Assembly (NCBI GenBank): GCA_021817785.1
Contig: JAKAFY010000007.1
Location: forward strand, 127 to 64,126
DNA: 64,000 nucleotides
Reading direction: 5' to 3'
DNA from: a bacterium
GTDB taxonomy: Bacteria; Patescibacteriota; Microgenomatia; UBA10105; UBA927
The notes below the pieces were generated by a model. It was given only the letters and a program-made list of their open reading frames with translations, did no database searches and was not told the origin of the DNA. Below are positions 56,604 through 64,000 of this stretch, piece after piece (position 1 is the stretch's first letter; every line of letters begins with the position of its first letter). The translations under genes and the position numbers were made by a program.

Positions 56604-56806
56604 AAAATGAGAATCTGTCAGTTTTGTTATCAAAAAGCTGGCATTTAATCCTATTAGCAGGATTAGTCGGTTACGTTATTGGTACCAGAGTTTTTCATAT
56701 AGGCGATGCGTCTTTAGTTGGGCTTGTAATTGGATTGTTTGCGATCGGAGTAATTTGGACCGGTTTAGTGGTCGGATTTCAAACCTCTCGAAACACAAAG
56801 AGATAA
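56600..56806 (+). CDS. Small two-TM membrane protein.
   Basis: 68 aa with two hydrophobic helices, overlapping the GIY-YIG stop. Confidence 0.25.
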   Translation: MKNENLSVLLSKSWHLILLAGLVGYVIGTRVFHIGDASLVGLVIGLFAIGVIWTGLVVGFQTSRNTKR

Positions 56807-56818
56807 GTTGTCTATCAA

Positions 56819-57316
56819 TTGGTCATAGATTTTAACACTGTTAATGATCCTTCGCATATGAAACCAGGTGTCGACTATATCGGGATATCGGTAGGCGCAC
56901 TCATCGTTAATGAGAAGGGCGAGATATTTTTGACGAAACGGGGAGAACGCGCAACCAACGAGCGGGGCACATGGGAAATCCCGGGAGGAAAAGTGCAGTT
57001 TGGCGAAACACTGCAGGATGCGGCGCGGCGGGAAATGAAAGAGGAGTATGGCGTCGATCTGATCCTTACGTATCAGTTTCCTGCTCAGGATCATCTGATC
57101 CCTGCGGAACAGCAGCACTGGGTACCCACAAGTTTCATCGCCCGAATAACGCAAGGGCAGACGCCAACGATTTTGGAACCCGATAAATGCAGCGCGATCG
57201 GCTGGTTTCGCCTTGATGCCCTCCCCGACCCTCTTTCGATCATCACGAAGCTTGATATCGAGATGTACCGGAAATTTCTTTCCGGCGCTGATCTATTTTC
57301 CATCAAAGCAAATTAG
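56819..57316 (+). CDS. NUDIX hydrolase.
   Basis: Nudix box 'GGKVQFGETLQDAARREMKEEYGV'. Confidence 0.8.
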   Translation: MVIDFNTVNDPSHMKPGVDYIGISVGALIVNEKGEIFLTKRGERATNERGTWEIPGGKVQFGETLQDAARREMKEEYGVDLILTYQFPAQDHLIPAEQQHWVPTSFIARITQGQTPTILEPDKCSAIGWFRLDALPDPLSIITKLDIEMYRKFLSGADLFSIKAN

Positions 57317-57330
57317 TCTATACTGATGGC

Positions 57331-57849
57331 ATGGAGACCGAAGGCAAAAAACGCAGTTCCGGAAATGAGGAAGTCTACGCGGAATGGTCCGCCCCATCAC
57401 GGTTATTTAAAAAGCGGGATCGGGAATATTTTGTCAATATTGCAGCCATCGTATTTCTTCTCTGCGTCATATTGGTATTTGCCCGGGAATTCGTGCTTAT
57501 TGCGACCGTGCTTTCCATCGTATTTTTGATTTACGTATTATCCACGGTGCCGCCGGAAGACGTAAAGCATCGGGTGACGAGTCTCGGGATAGAGAGCGCC
57601 GGGCATTTTTACCGCTGGGAAGAATTTGCGGACTTTTGGTTTGAAGAGCAGTGGGGGCAGGTCATGATGGTCGTGCGCCCGTATCTGTCTCCTCGGCTTA
57701 TTATTCTTCTGGGCGGAGAATCCAAGGCGCGCATACGTGAATTCGTCGCAAAACATATCCCGTTTCGCGAAGAGCCGGATCGTACATGGGTCGATAATGC
57801 CGCCCGCTGGATGAGTGAAAAAATTCCGCTGGAGAAGCCTCAAACCTAG
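57331..57849 (+). CDS. Hypothetical two-TM membrane protein.
   Basis: 172 aa with two adjacent TM helices (IAAIVFLLCVILVF / LIATVLSIVFLIYV). Confidence 0.3.
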   Translation: METEGKKRSSGNEEVYAEWSAPSRLFKKRDREYFVNIAAIVFLLCVILVFAREFVLIATVLSIVFLIYVLSTVPPEDVKHRVTSLGIESAGHFYRWEEFADFWFEEQWGQVMMVVRPYLSPRLIILLGGESKARIREFVAKHIPFREEPDRTWVDNAARWMSEKIPLEKPQT

Positions 57850-57887
57850 CCATACGCGGCAATCCATAGTACAATGACGTCTTGAAA

Positions 57888-57962
57888 GCTCCTGTAGTTC
57901 AATGGATAGAATAGGGGATTGCGGATCCTCTGATCGCAGTTCAACTCTGCGCGGGAGCGCCA
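57888..57962 (+). tRNA. tRNA-Arg-like (hand-folded anticodon GCG), with encoded CCA.
   Basis: Acceptor GCTCCTG/CGGGAGC followed by G-CCA. Anticodon stem GGGGA/TCCTC (one G-U pair) with loop TTGCGGA. T-arm CGCAG-TTCAACT-CTGCG. Its backbone is nearly identical to the tRNA at 61184. Confidence 0.55.
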
Positions 57963-58382
57963 ATGATTATGACCATAGCCGTCTGTGGAAGCCTCACGTT
58001 TTATAAAGAAATCCGGGAAGCCCAGAAAAAGCTGGAGGCATTAGGACACCGCGCGTTGGTACCCAAAAGTATCCGTCTCATAGAGGAGGAGGGATATATA
58101 AAGCCGAAAACGGTATCCGAGCGGTTGGCCGCGGAAGCGAAATATCACTTTATCAGCGAGCATTTTGCGAAAGTAGAACAGTCCGATGCCATACTAGTGG
58201 TGAATCCGGAAAATCACGGGATCCCCGGCTATATCGGCGGTAACACATTTCTGGAAATCGGAGTCGCATTTTATCTAAAAAAGAAGATCTATTTTCTCTA
58301 TGTCATACCGCATATGGCATATGAACTGGAATTGGCCTCTATGTATCCTACCGTTTTAGACGGTGACCTTTCCGCGATATAA
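57963..58382 (+). CDS. Nucleoside 2-deoxyribosyltransferase-like (NDT-superfamily, flavodoxin-like) small protein, paralog A.
   Basis: 'GIPGYIGGNTFLEIGVAFYLKKKIY' resembles the NDT catalytic-Glu region 'D.GT.FE.G.A'. N-terminal 'IAVCGS' Rossmann-like start. 139 aa. Confidence 0.4.
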   Translation: MIMTIAVCGSLTFYKEIREAQKKLEALGHRALVPKSIRLIEEEGYIKPKTVSERLAAEAKYHFISEHFAKVEQSDAILVVNPENHGIPGYIGGNTFLEIGVAFYLKKKIYFLYVIPHMAYELELASMYPTVLDGDLSAI

Positions 58383-58443
58383 TGTTCGCCTTACGGACGT
58401 ATTGCAGTATAATTGTTGGGCTTACCTGCCAGACGGCAGTCGG

Positions 58444-58535
58444 GGAAAGGTGCCGGAGCGGCTAAACGGCCAGGTCTCGAAAACCTTGGGGGCCAGGAAT
58501 GGCCCACGGGAGTTCAAATCTCCCCCTTTCCGCCA
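58444..58535 (+). tRNA. tRNA-Ser (anticodon CGA), class II, with encoded CCA.
   Basis: Acceptor GGAAAGG/CCTTTCC followed by G-CCA. 3-bp D-stem with a large loop. Anticodon loop CTCGAAA. Long variable arm. T-arm GGGAG-TTCAAAT-CTCCC. Confidence 0.75.
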
Positions 58536-58558
58536 TGGATGACGAAAAAAGGAAACGT

Positions 58559-58975
58559 ATGATCATAACAATTTGCGGCAGCATGCAGTTTCATAAGGAG
58601 ATGGGAGACGTCCGTGACACGCTGAAAGCGCGCGGATTTACCGTGTTTGTGCCGGGAGAGCTTACTGACCTGGATCACAATGAATACTATCAGCACTCGG
58701 ACGAAGAACGGATTACCGTAAAGATAGAATACGATTTTATAAGGGAACATTTCCGAAGGATTGAACAGGCGGAAGCGATTCTCATACTAAATTATGAGAA
58801 AAAGGGAGTCCCGGGCTATATCGGCGGAAATACCTTTTTGGAGATGGGCTACGCATTCGGGCTCGGCAAGAAAATTTATCTTCTGAATCCCATACCGGAT
58901 ATGGATTACAAAACAGAAATGCATGCGATCCAGCCCGTGATCCTCAATGGCGACCTTTCGAAAATTAATTCTTAA
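58559..58975 (+). CDS. Nucleoside 2-deoxyribosyltransferase-like small protein, paralog B. The start is taken at the internal Met matching paralog A.
   Basis: 'GVPGYIGGNTFLEMGYAFGLGKKIY'. Same architecture as 57963..58382. The longer ORF 58499 start overlaps the tRNA. Confidence 0.4.
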   Translation: MIITICGSMQFHKEMGDVRDTLKARGFTVFVPGELTDLDHNEYYQHSDEERITVKIEYDFIREHFRRIEQAEAILILNYEKKGVPGYIGGNTFLEMGYAFGLGKKIYLLNPIPDMDYKTEMHAIQPVILNGDLSKINS

Positions 58976-61044
58976 GGCTGTGTGTTCCGGCCGTCCTGTT
59001 TCTCTAGAAGGATAAGCGTTCGTTGCACCCTCCCCTTATCGTCGGTTATCACCAGTGACCCGCCGTTTATTCCTTTGAGGATAGTGTTTTTGGCCCGTTC
59101 CGCTCCTGACGTACCGTCATAGGTCGTCGTACTATACAGTCTTGAACAGCACTCAAAATAGTGAGTATTGGTGACCGCTCCCACGTCGACGACTCCGCTT
59201 CCGTAATTGACGCGGCCGTATGCGGGAGTCAACGTTACCCCGGAAAACGAGGTAAGCAGCTGTTTTTGCACTGTGTTCATCGGTGTTGGGGGAACGCCGA
59301 TCGGTACCGGCTGATCGGTCAGCGCATTTCCATGGATGCGCTGATGGAGATGGACGACGTTTATAGTGTGTTGAAATAATCCGGAAATATATGTGAGCAA
59401 TTCTGTTTCGCGGGACACGGTGATGCGCTGCGGCGTAATCCATATCATGTCGCCGGCGACATCTTCAGCGATCGGCTTTTTATCGCTGGCCAACAGTGAT
59501 CCGCGCCGCGCAGGATCAATCGTTGTTTTTAATTGACGGCCGACTCCGAACCCTGTAAATAAGAAAGACCAGTCCCAGGGAATTCTCCATCGCCCATCCT
59601 CCTTTAGTATGGGAATGTTGTGTGTTTCGGAAAACTGCCCCAGATTCCGCGTGGAATACGTTACGACGACCCGCATCGTTTGCGGTGAGACGAACCGATG
59701 CCAGGTCATGGGTTGTAGGCGGATATCGATAGATTCGATCTCCGCGTCGTTAAACGCCATAAGCGCAAACCGGTTAAATGCTACGATGCTCCATCGGGAT
59801 TTGCTGCCTGTCGTTATGTCCTGGTACATATCCTGAAAGAACATATGTTCCCAGTTGTACATAATTTGATGAGCTGTCGCCTCCGGCGTGGGAAACAGAA
59901 TCGGAACAGACGCCGTGATATTGACACAAATCAGAACACCGATCATCACAAGCGCCCAGCGCCTGGGAATGTGTGAGAGCGAATAGACGGCAAGAAGATA
60001 CAGGAGCGGAAGCAGCAAAACAAGATACCGCGTCCAAAACGGAATCACCTGGTATAAAAGCAGCGTATACCCTGCTATACATGCGATAATGATCCATTGG
60101 AAACTCCGTTGTTTGCCGCGTGCAATACGATATAATCCCATAAGGGCCGCGACGGATATGACTGTCCACGCCGGACTCCATTCCGGAGAATGTACCCAGG
60201 ATCGGTCGTAAATATTCTGATAGAAACCCGTCAAGAGATTGATGAATGCACTCCCCCAAGTTGGCACGAGATTGCTGTGCGTATAAAATGAAATAATCCA
60301 CTTTTGAGTTCGTATCCAATCGACCAATGTATGGCCGCCGATAAAATACGGTATATATGGGATAAGATACCCGACCGGAATACTTATACAATAGAGTATG
60401 GCAAGACGGATGTTTCGATATGTTTTCCAGATAGTAATGAAGCCGATGAGTATAAGTATCGGTGTTAGAATCGGAAATTTTATTCCAGAGAAACCACCGA
60501 GTACGAGTCCGGCAATTGCGGGAAGCCATCGTTTCCTTTTTCGTGCAGTAAGAAGGAGAAGAATAAACATTAAAAGAAAAAATGCCTGTAAGCTGTCGAG
60601 CATGGTACGAGGGAATTGACTGGTGATGAGCGGATCAGTGATAAAAAGCGTTGTTGCCGCGAGGGAGAGAAGTCTATTTTGTATCAGTAGCTGGCACAAC
60701 AGAAAAAACATGACAACTACAAGGCTCGTCGTAATAAATCCGTAAATATACCCGTTTCCGGTGGTAAGAATGCTTGCTCCGATAAGATATTTCCCGAGAG
60801 GGGGGACTTCTGCATTGTATCGTGTGGGGTCGTCGCCATGAATAAGTCGATACCCTTCATACAAATACAAACCGTCATCGCCGATTGTGCGAACAGAAAG
60901 AGGAAGAGCCCACTGTGAGTGTTCAAACTTATCTTTCCAATATGATGCATCAAATGAAGAAAAAAATAATGCCCGATTGCAAAACACAACCAGTGCAAGA
61001 TAGGAAAGACATACGGCAATAAATCCGCGGGTAATCCACCGCAT
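58972..61044 (-). CDS. Large polytopic membrane protein, GT-C fold (GT39/ArnT/PMT-like) glycosyltransferase candidate, with a C-terminal soluble domain.
   Basis: Ten or more TM helices in the first ~400 aa. An acidic 'GDDGLYLYEGYRL' motif in the first extracytoplasmic loop. A ~250-aa C-terminal beta-rich domain. Confidence 0.4.
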   Translation of the reverse strand: MRWITRGFIAVCLSYLALVVFCNRALFFSSFDASYWKDKFEHSQWALPLSVRTIGDDGLYLYEGYRLIHGDDPTRYNAEVPPLGKYLIGASILTTGNGYIYGFITTSLVVVMFFLLCQLLIQNRLLSLAATTLFITDPLITSQFPRTMLDSLQAFFLLMFILLLLTARKRKRWLPAIAGLVLGGFSGIKFPILTPILILIGFITIWKTYRNIRLAILYCISIPVGYLIPYIPYFIGGHTLVDWIRTQKWIISFYTHSNLVPTWGSAFINLLTGFYQNIYDRSWVHSPEWSPAWTVISVAALMGLYRIARGKQRSFQWIIIACIAGYTLLLYQVIPFWTRYLVLLLPLLYLLAVYSLSHIPRRWALVMIGVLICVNITASVPILFPTPEATAHQIMYNWEHMFFQDMYQDITTGSKSRWSIVAFNRFALMAFNDAEIESIDIRLQPMTWHRFVSPQTMRVVVTYSTRNLGQFSETHNIPILKEDGRWRIPWDWSFLFTGFGVGRQLKTTIDPARRGSLLASDKKPIAEDVAGDMIWITPQRITVSRETELLTYISGLFQHTINVVHLHQRIHGNALTDQPVPIGVPPTPMNTVQKQLLTSFSGVTLTPAYGRVNYGSGVVDVGAVTNTHYFECCSRLYSTTTYDGTSGAERAKNTILKGINGGSLVITDDKGRVQRTLILLEKQDGRNTQP

Positions 61045-61183
61045 ACGTACGTTATTGTAGCAGGAAGCTCCTGTGGGCGGTATAATACGTGCTACGCATC
61101 GGTAGTTTCGGCTGAAGGCCGATCAGCCCTTGGCTGACGGTGGTAGTGCATGTCGGCAGAGCATAGACGACTATGCGTTTTAA

Positions 61184-61255
61184 GCACCAGTAGTTCAATG
61201 GATAGAATGCGGCCCTCCGAAGGCTGTGATGACAGTTCAACTCTGTCCTGGTGCA
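61184..61255 (+). tRNA. tRNA-Arg (anticodon CCG). CCA not encoded.
   Basis: Acceptor GCACCAG/CTGGTGC followed by A. Anticodon stem CGGCC/GGCTG with loop CTCCGAA. T-arm GACAG-TTCAACT-CTGTC. Confidence 0.7.
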
Positions 61256-61265
61256 CAGTGTGGTA

Positions 61266-61910
61266 TTATTTTTTTTCTTTATGATGTGCCACTCCCTCCG
61301 GGGTGACAACTTGTGAGTCGATAACTTTTCCTTCAGTGTTGACCGACAGGATAAGCGCCTCGCCTTTTTCAATCGAAGATTCCACACCCGGAGTTCCCTG
61401 GTCGCCAGTTTTGAGGTAATGAAGGATCATGCCAATCACCTCATCGTGAGTTACGATGGCAATAGAGCCTGATTTATGTGATTCGAGAACGCGTTTGTAT
61501 TCTGATATAACGCGTTCATATGCGTGGGCAAGGGTTTCTCCATGTATATCCGGCGTCATCGGATTATCTGCAAAAAAATTTCCTTTTACCAAACCGAGTT
61601 CGGTAGCCGGTCTGTGGTCCCATTGCGGGGTACGTGCGCCGTTAAATTGCGCATCCGGTATGACCGGCGGATGACCCGGAAATTTTTCATGGAGAAGATT
61701 GGCGGTCTGGTACGCGCGTTCATATTGGCTGGAAAAAATAAGATCCGGGTGTATGCCCTGGTTCGCAAGATTTTCTGCCAGGCGGATACTCTGGTGCATA
61801 CCATGGGTGCTGAGGGGCTCATGCGGTCCGTAGATGCAGGGAACTCCGTGTCCTACGGCTAACGAATCCACACTTCCGTGGCGGATGAGAAGCACGGTCC
61901 TTCCCTCCAT
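61266..61910 (-). CDS. Histidine phosphatase superfamily protein (phosphoglycerate mutase/SixA-like).
   Basis: 'VLLIRHGSVD' RHG catalytic motif and 'THDEVIG'. 214 aa. Confidence 0.7.
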   Translation of the reverse strand: MEGRTVLLIRHGSVDSLAVGHGVPCIYGPHEPLSTHGMHQSIRLAENLANQGIHPDLIFSSQYERAYQTANLLHEKFPGHPPVIPDAQFNGARTPQWDHRPATELGLVKGNFFADNPMTPDIHGETLAHAYERVISEYKRVLESHKSGSIAIVTHDEVIGMILHYLKTGDQGTPGVESSIEKGEALILSVNTEGKVIDSQVVTPEGVAHHKEKK

Positions 61911-61960
61911 AATGGCTATATTATATCAAAACATATCAAGTTTTCTGGTATAATAGCCGT

Positions 61961-62554
61961 ATGGATAAAAGACAGCGGACCAACCTCATCTATGAAGCGG
62001 CAAATGTAAAGCGGATGCTCCGGACCGGGTGGCAACGATTGGGAGACAACGAAGAAGGCGTCGGGGAACATTCGTTTATGACAGCAGTCATTGCGTATCT
62101 TATAGCCCGCGAAATCAACGGCGAACAAAATGCCACACGGCACGTTTCCATGGAAAAAATTATGCTCATGAGCGTGTTCCATGATTTTCATGAGGGCCGA
62201 ACCGGAGAACTGGACAAAGTGGCCAAGCTGTATCTTACCAGATACGAGGAAAAGGCAAATCACGACATATTTAAAGGCGTGGATGATGAACTGCTGGCAC
62301 TTCTTACGGAATACGAATCCCGCCAAACGTTAGAAGCACAGGTGGTGTATGAGGCAAATGTCATCGCCTTTGGTGTGGAGTGCAAAATCCTCATGGAAAA
62401 AGGGAATACCCATGCCAAAGAATGGATGGATGCCAACTCGAAGCGCGTGCGGCTTCCGGAATCCGTGGGACTTATGGATTCCCTGGCAATCACCGATTCG
62501 CAGGATTGGTGGAAAGATATCCGAGAAGCGATCCACGAAGAGTTTGCAAAATGA
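61961..62554 (+). CDS. HD-domain phosphohydrolase (YfbR-like 5'-deoxynucleotidase).
   Basis: 'EHSFMTAVIAY...FHDFHEGRTGELD' is an H...HD...D metal-binding pattern. 197 aa. Confidence 0.65.
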   Translation: MDKRQRTNLIYEAANVKRMLRTGWQRLGDNEEGVGEHSFMTAVIAYLIAREINGEQNATRHVSMEKIMLMSVFHDFHEGRTGELDKVAKLYLTRYEEKANHDIFKGVDDELLALLTEYESRQTLEAQVVYEANVIAFGVECKILMEKGNTHAKEWMDANSKRVRLPESVGLMDSLAITDSQDWWKDIREAIHEEFAK

Positions 62555-63526
62555 TTACTCCCCCTGGCTAAAGAGAATAGCCGAGAGTTTTTTGGTAATC
62601 TGTCCGCTGGTTGCGATGATGACCCCGATGACGACCAAGGCGCTTCCCAATATATAGTTGACCGTAAACGCCTCTCCCAAGACCACACCATTGATGCCGA
62701 CGCCCACGACAAGTTGAAGATATTCTTTGAGAGATGCCGTAGAGGCGGATACGTGCTGTATCGCCCATTGAAACAGAAAGAACGTAATGACGGTAATGCC
62801 GATTGCCGCATAGATCATGGTGCCCAAATAGGTGGGTGTACGGAAGGCCGGAACCAAAAATGATTGATGGGTAACCAGGGCCGCGATCGCGGATCCGACG
62901 GTGCACGTAAACAAATTGATAGACGTCGAAACAATCGGTGAAAACGTCCCTTTGGAAAGGATATGCCGCGAATAGATGATATACATGGTCCAGCTCAACA
63001 GACTTCCTACCTCCAGGAGGTTGCCGGCAAGCGTCCCCCCGATGGCTTGCCCATGTACAATGATAGGCAAAAGGACAATATATAAAACACCGATAAGTCC
63101 CAGGACAATGCCAATAAGTTTTTGTCTTGACGGCGACTCATGAATCAGAAGGTACGAACACGCCGTTACGGTGATCGGTACCGCGGTGCCCAAGATAACC
63201 ATGGTGTTTGCGGTGGTGAGGGCAGCTCCCGTGTAATAAAACAAGACGTTTCCGGTGTTAAATAGCCCGAGAGGCAATAATTGCAGTAAATATCCTTTTG
63301 GTTTTTTGGCCATTACGAATAACGGGAGAAGGATAACTGACGCAATGCCAAACCGGTAAAAGGTAACCACAAATGGGTTGGTCTGCGCGACCAAAACTTT
63401 GGCAACCGAACTGGCACTTGCCCAGAGGCATGCCGCGATAATGATGGCAAGAAGCGCTTTTGTTTTTATCGTCATCGGGCTCATTATAGCATCCTGACCC
63501 GCCGAAAAGATGATATAATCACACAT
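62555..63526 (-). CDS. EamA/DMT-family transporter (10-TM drug/metabolite exporter).
   Basis: Two 5-TM EamA-like halves with Gly-rich helices (GLIGVLYIVLLPII; GINGVVLGEAF). Confidence 0.7.
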   Translation of the reverse strand: MCDYIIFSAGQDAIMSPMTIKTKALLAIIIAACLWASASSVAKVLVAQTNPFVVTFYRFGIASVILLPLFVMAKKPKGYLLQLLPLGLFNTGNVLFYYTGAALTTANTMVILGTAVPITVTACSYLLIHESPSRQKLIGIVLGLIGVLYIVLLPIIVHGQAIGGTLAGNLLEVGSLLSWTMYIIYSRHILSKGTFSPIVSTSINLFTCTVGSAIAALVTHQSFLVPAFRTPTYLGTMIYAAIGITVITFFLFQWAIQHVSASTASLKEYLQLVVGVGINGVVLGEAFTVNYILGSALVVIGVIIATSGQITKKLSAILFSQGE

Positions 63527-63791
63527 GTGTATGTGGTACGTGTATGTGATGCGGAGTCTACGGGATAAAAAGCTCTATATTGGGAAGACGTCAGATTTGA
63601 AAACACGTTTTAAGGTGCACAACGCAGGCGGTTCGTTAGCAACCAGATCGAGAAGACCGTTTGAGTTGGTTTATTACGAAGCGTTTGGTGATAAAACTGA
63701 CTACGGGAGGGAAGAGATATTTTTAAAGTCCGGTATTGGCAGAGAATCGTTGCATCACAGACTAGGACATACGTTACATAACGGTTTCTAA
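63525..63791 (+). CDS. GIY-YIG nuclease domain protein.
   Basis: 'WYVYVMRSLRDKKLYIGKTSDLKTRFKVHN' matches the GIY-YIG motif. 88 aa. Confidence 0.65.
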   Translation: MCMWYVYVMRSLRDKKLYIGKTSDLKTRFKVHNAGGSLATRSRRPFELVYYEAFGDKTDYGREEIFLKSGIGRESLHHRLGHTLHNGF

Positions 63792-63865
63792 TAGTTGGTC
63801 GCCTCTGACGGCGACCCACCCTATCGGTGGGTCGAATCGAATATGGCGACCCGCCTTTAGAGGCG

Positions 63866-63950
63866 GGAGGAGTGGCCCAGCGGCTACGGCATACGCTTGG
63901 AAAGCGTACGGGAGTAATCCCTCGCAGGTTCGAGTCCTGTCTCCTCCGCA
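63866..63950 (+). tRNA. tRNA-Ser (anticodon GGA), class II. CCA partly encoded.
   Basis: Acceptor GGAGGAG/CTCCTCC followed by G-CA. Anticodon stem TACGC/GCGTA with loop TTGGAAA. Long variable arm. T-arm CAGG-TTCGAGT-CCTG. Confidence 0.7.
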
Positions 63951-64000
63951 CTTCGACAAGCTCAGTACCTCTCGTGGGTACTATATGAACTGGTATACCT

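Overview
This 64 kb window is a gene-dense, small-gene bacterial chromosome segment that spans the replication origin. The tRNA genes lack an encoded CCA, T4SS-like and pilin genes are present, archaeal-type mevalonate enzymes occur, and there are many GT-C-like membrane proteins. Taken together, this suggests a Patescibacteria/CPR-like organism; that placement is inference only. Standard genetic code, with TAA, TAG and TGA all used as stops. Four blocks follow in order.

(1) 54-16.7 kb is a cell-envelope glycan cluster. It holds two Wzy_C-like membrane proteins, two GT4 glycosyltransferases, asnB, a PQQ-propeller/GH5-like fusion, GT-C-like polytopic proteins, an NAD-epimerase, an Alg14/Alg13-like pair and a GT75/RGP-like enzyme.

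(2) dnaA, a DnaA-box cluster (oriC) and dnaN lie at 16.8-19.5 kb.

(3) 19.5-37.9 kb is a minimized type IV secretion-like locus with no relaxase, VirB11 or VirB9. It contains VirB4, a VirD4-like ATPase and a VirB6/TrbL-like protein. A 726-aa protein ends in an M23 peptidase domain. A Pro/Gln-rich bitopic membrane protein and a 1206-aa acidic tail-anchored giant protein are also present. Six tandem VirB2/TrbC-like pilin paralogs sit next to a divergent ECF sigma factor. Two more pilin paralogs lie at 46.6-47.4 kb.

(4) 38.6-46.6 kb is a complete mevalonate pathway operon. It includes an archaeal-type thiolase/HMG-CoA synthase/DUF35 trio, a GHMP-kinase/IPP-isomerase fusion, and uppS.

The rest of the window holds SpoIID-like, smpB+ssrA (tmRNA), comFC and TPK genes. 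It ends in a tRNA island: four tRNA-Ser isoacceptors, two tRNA-Arg, and one odd tRNA-like gene. These are interleaved with three GIY-YIG nuclease genes, two NDT-like paralogs, Hsp20 and NUDIX genes.

No rRNA, CRISPR array, transposase or integrase was recognised.
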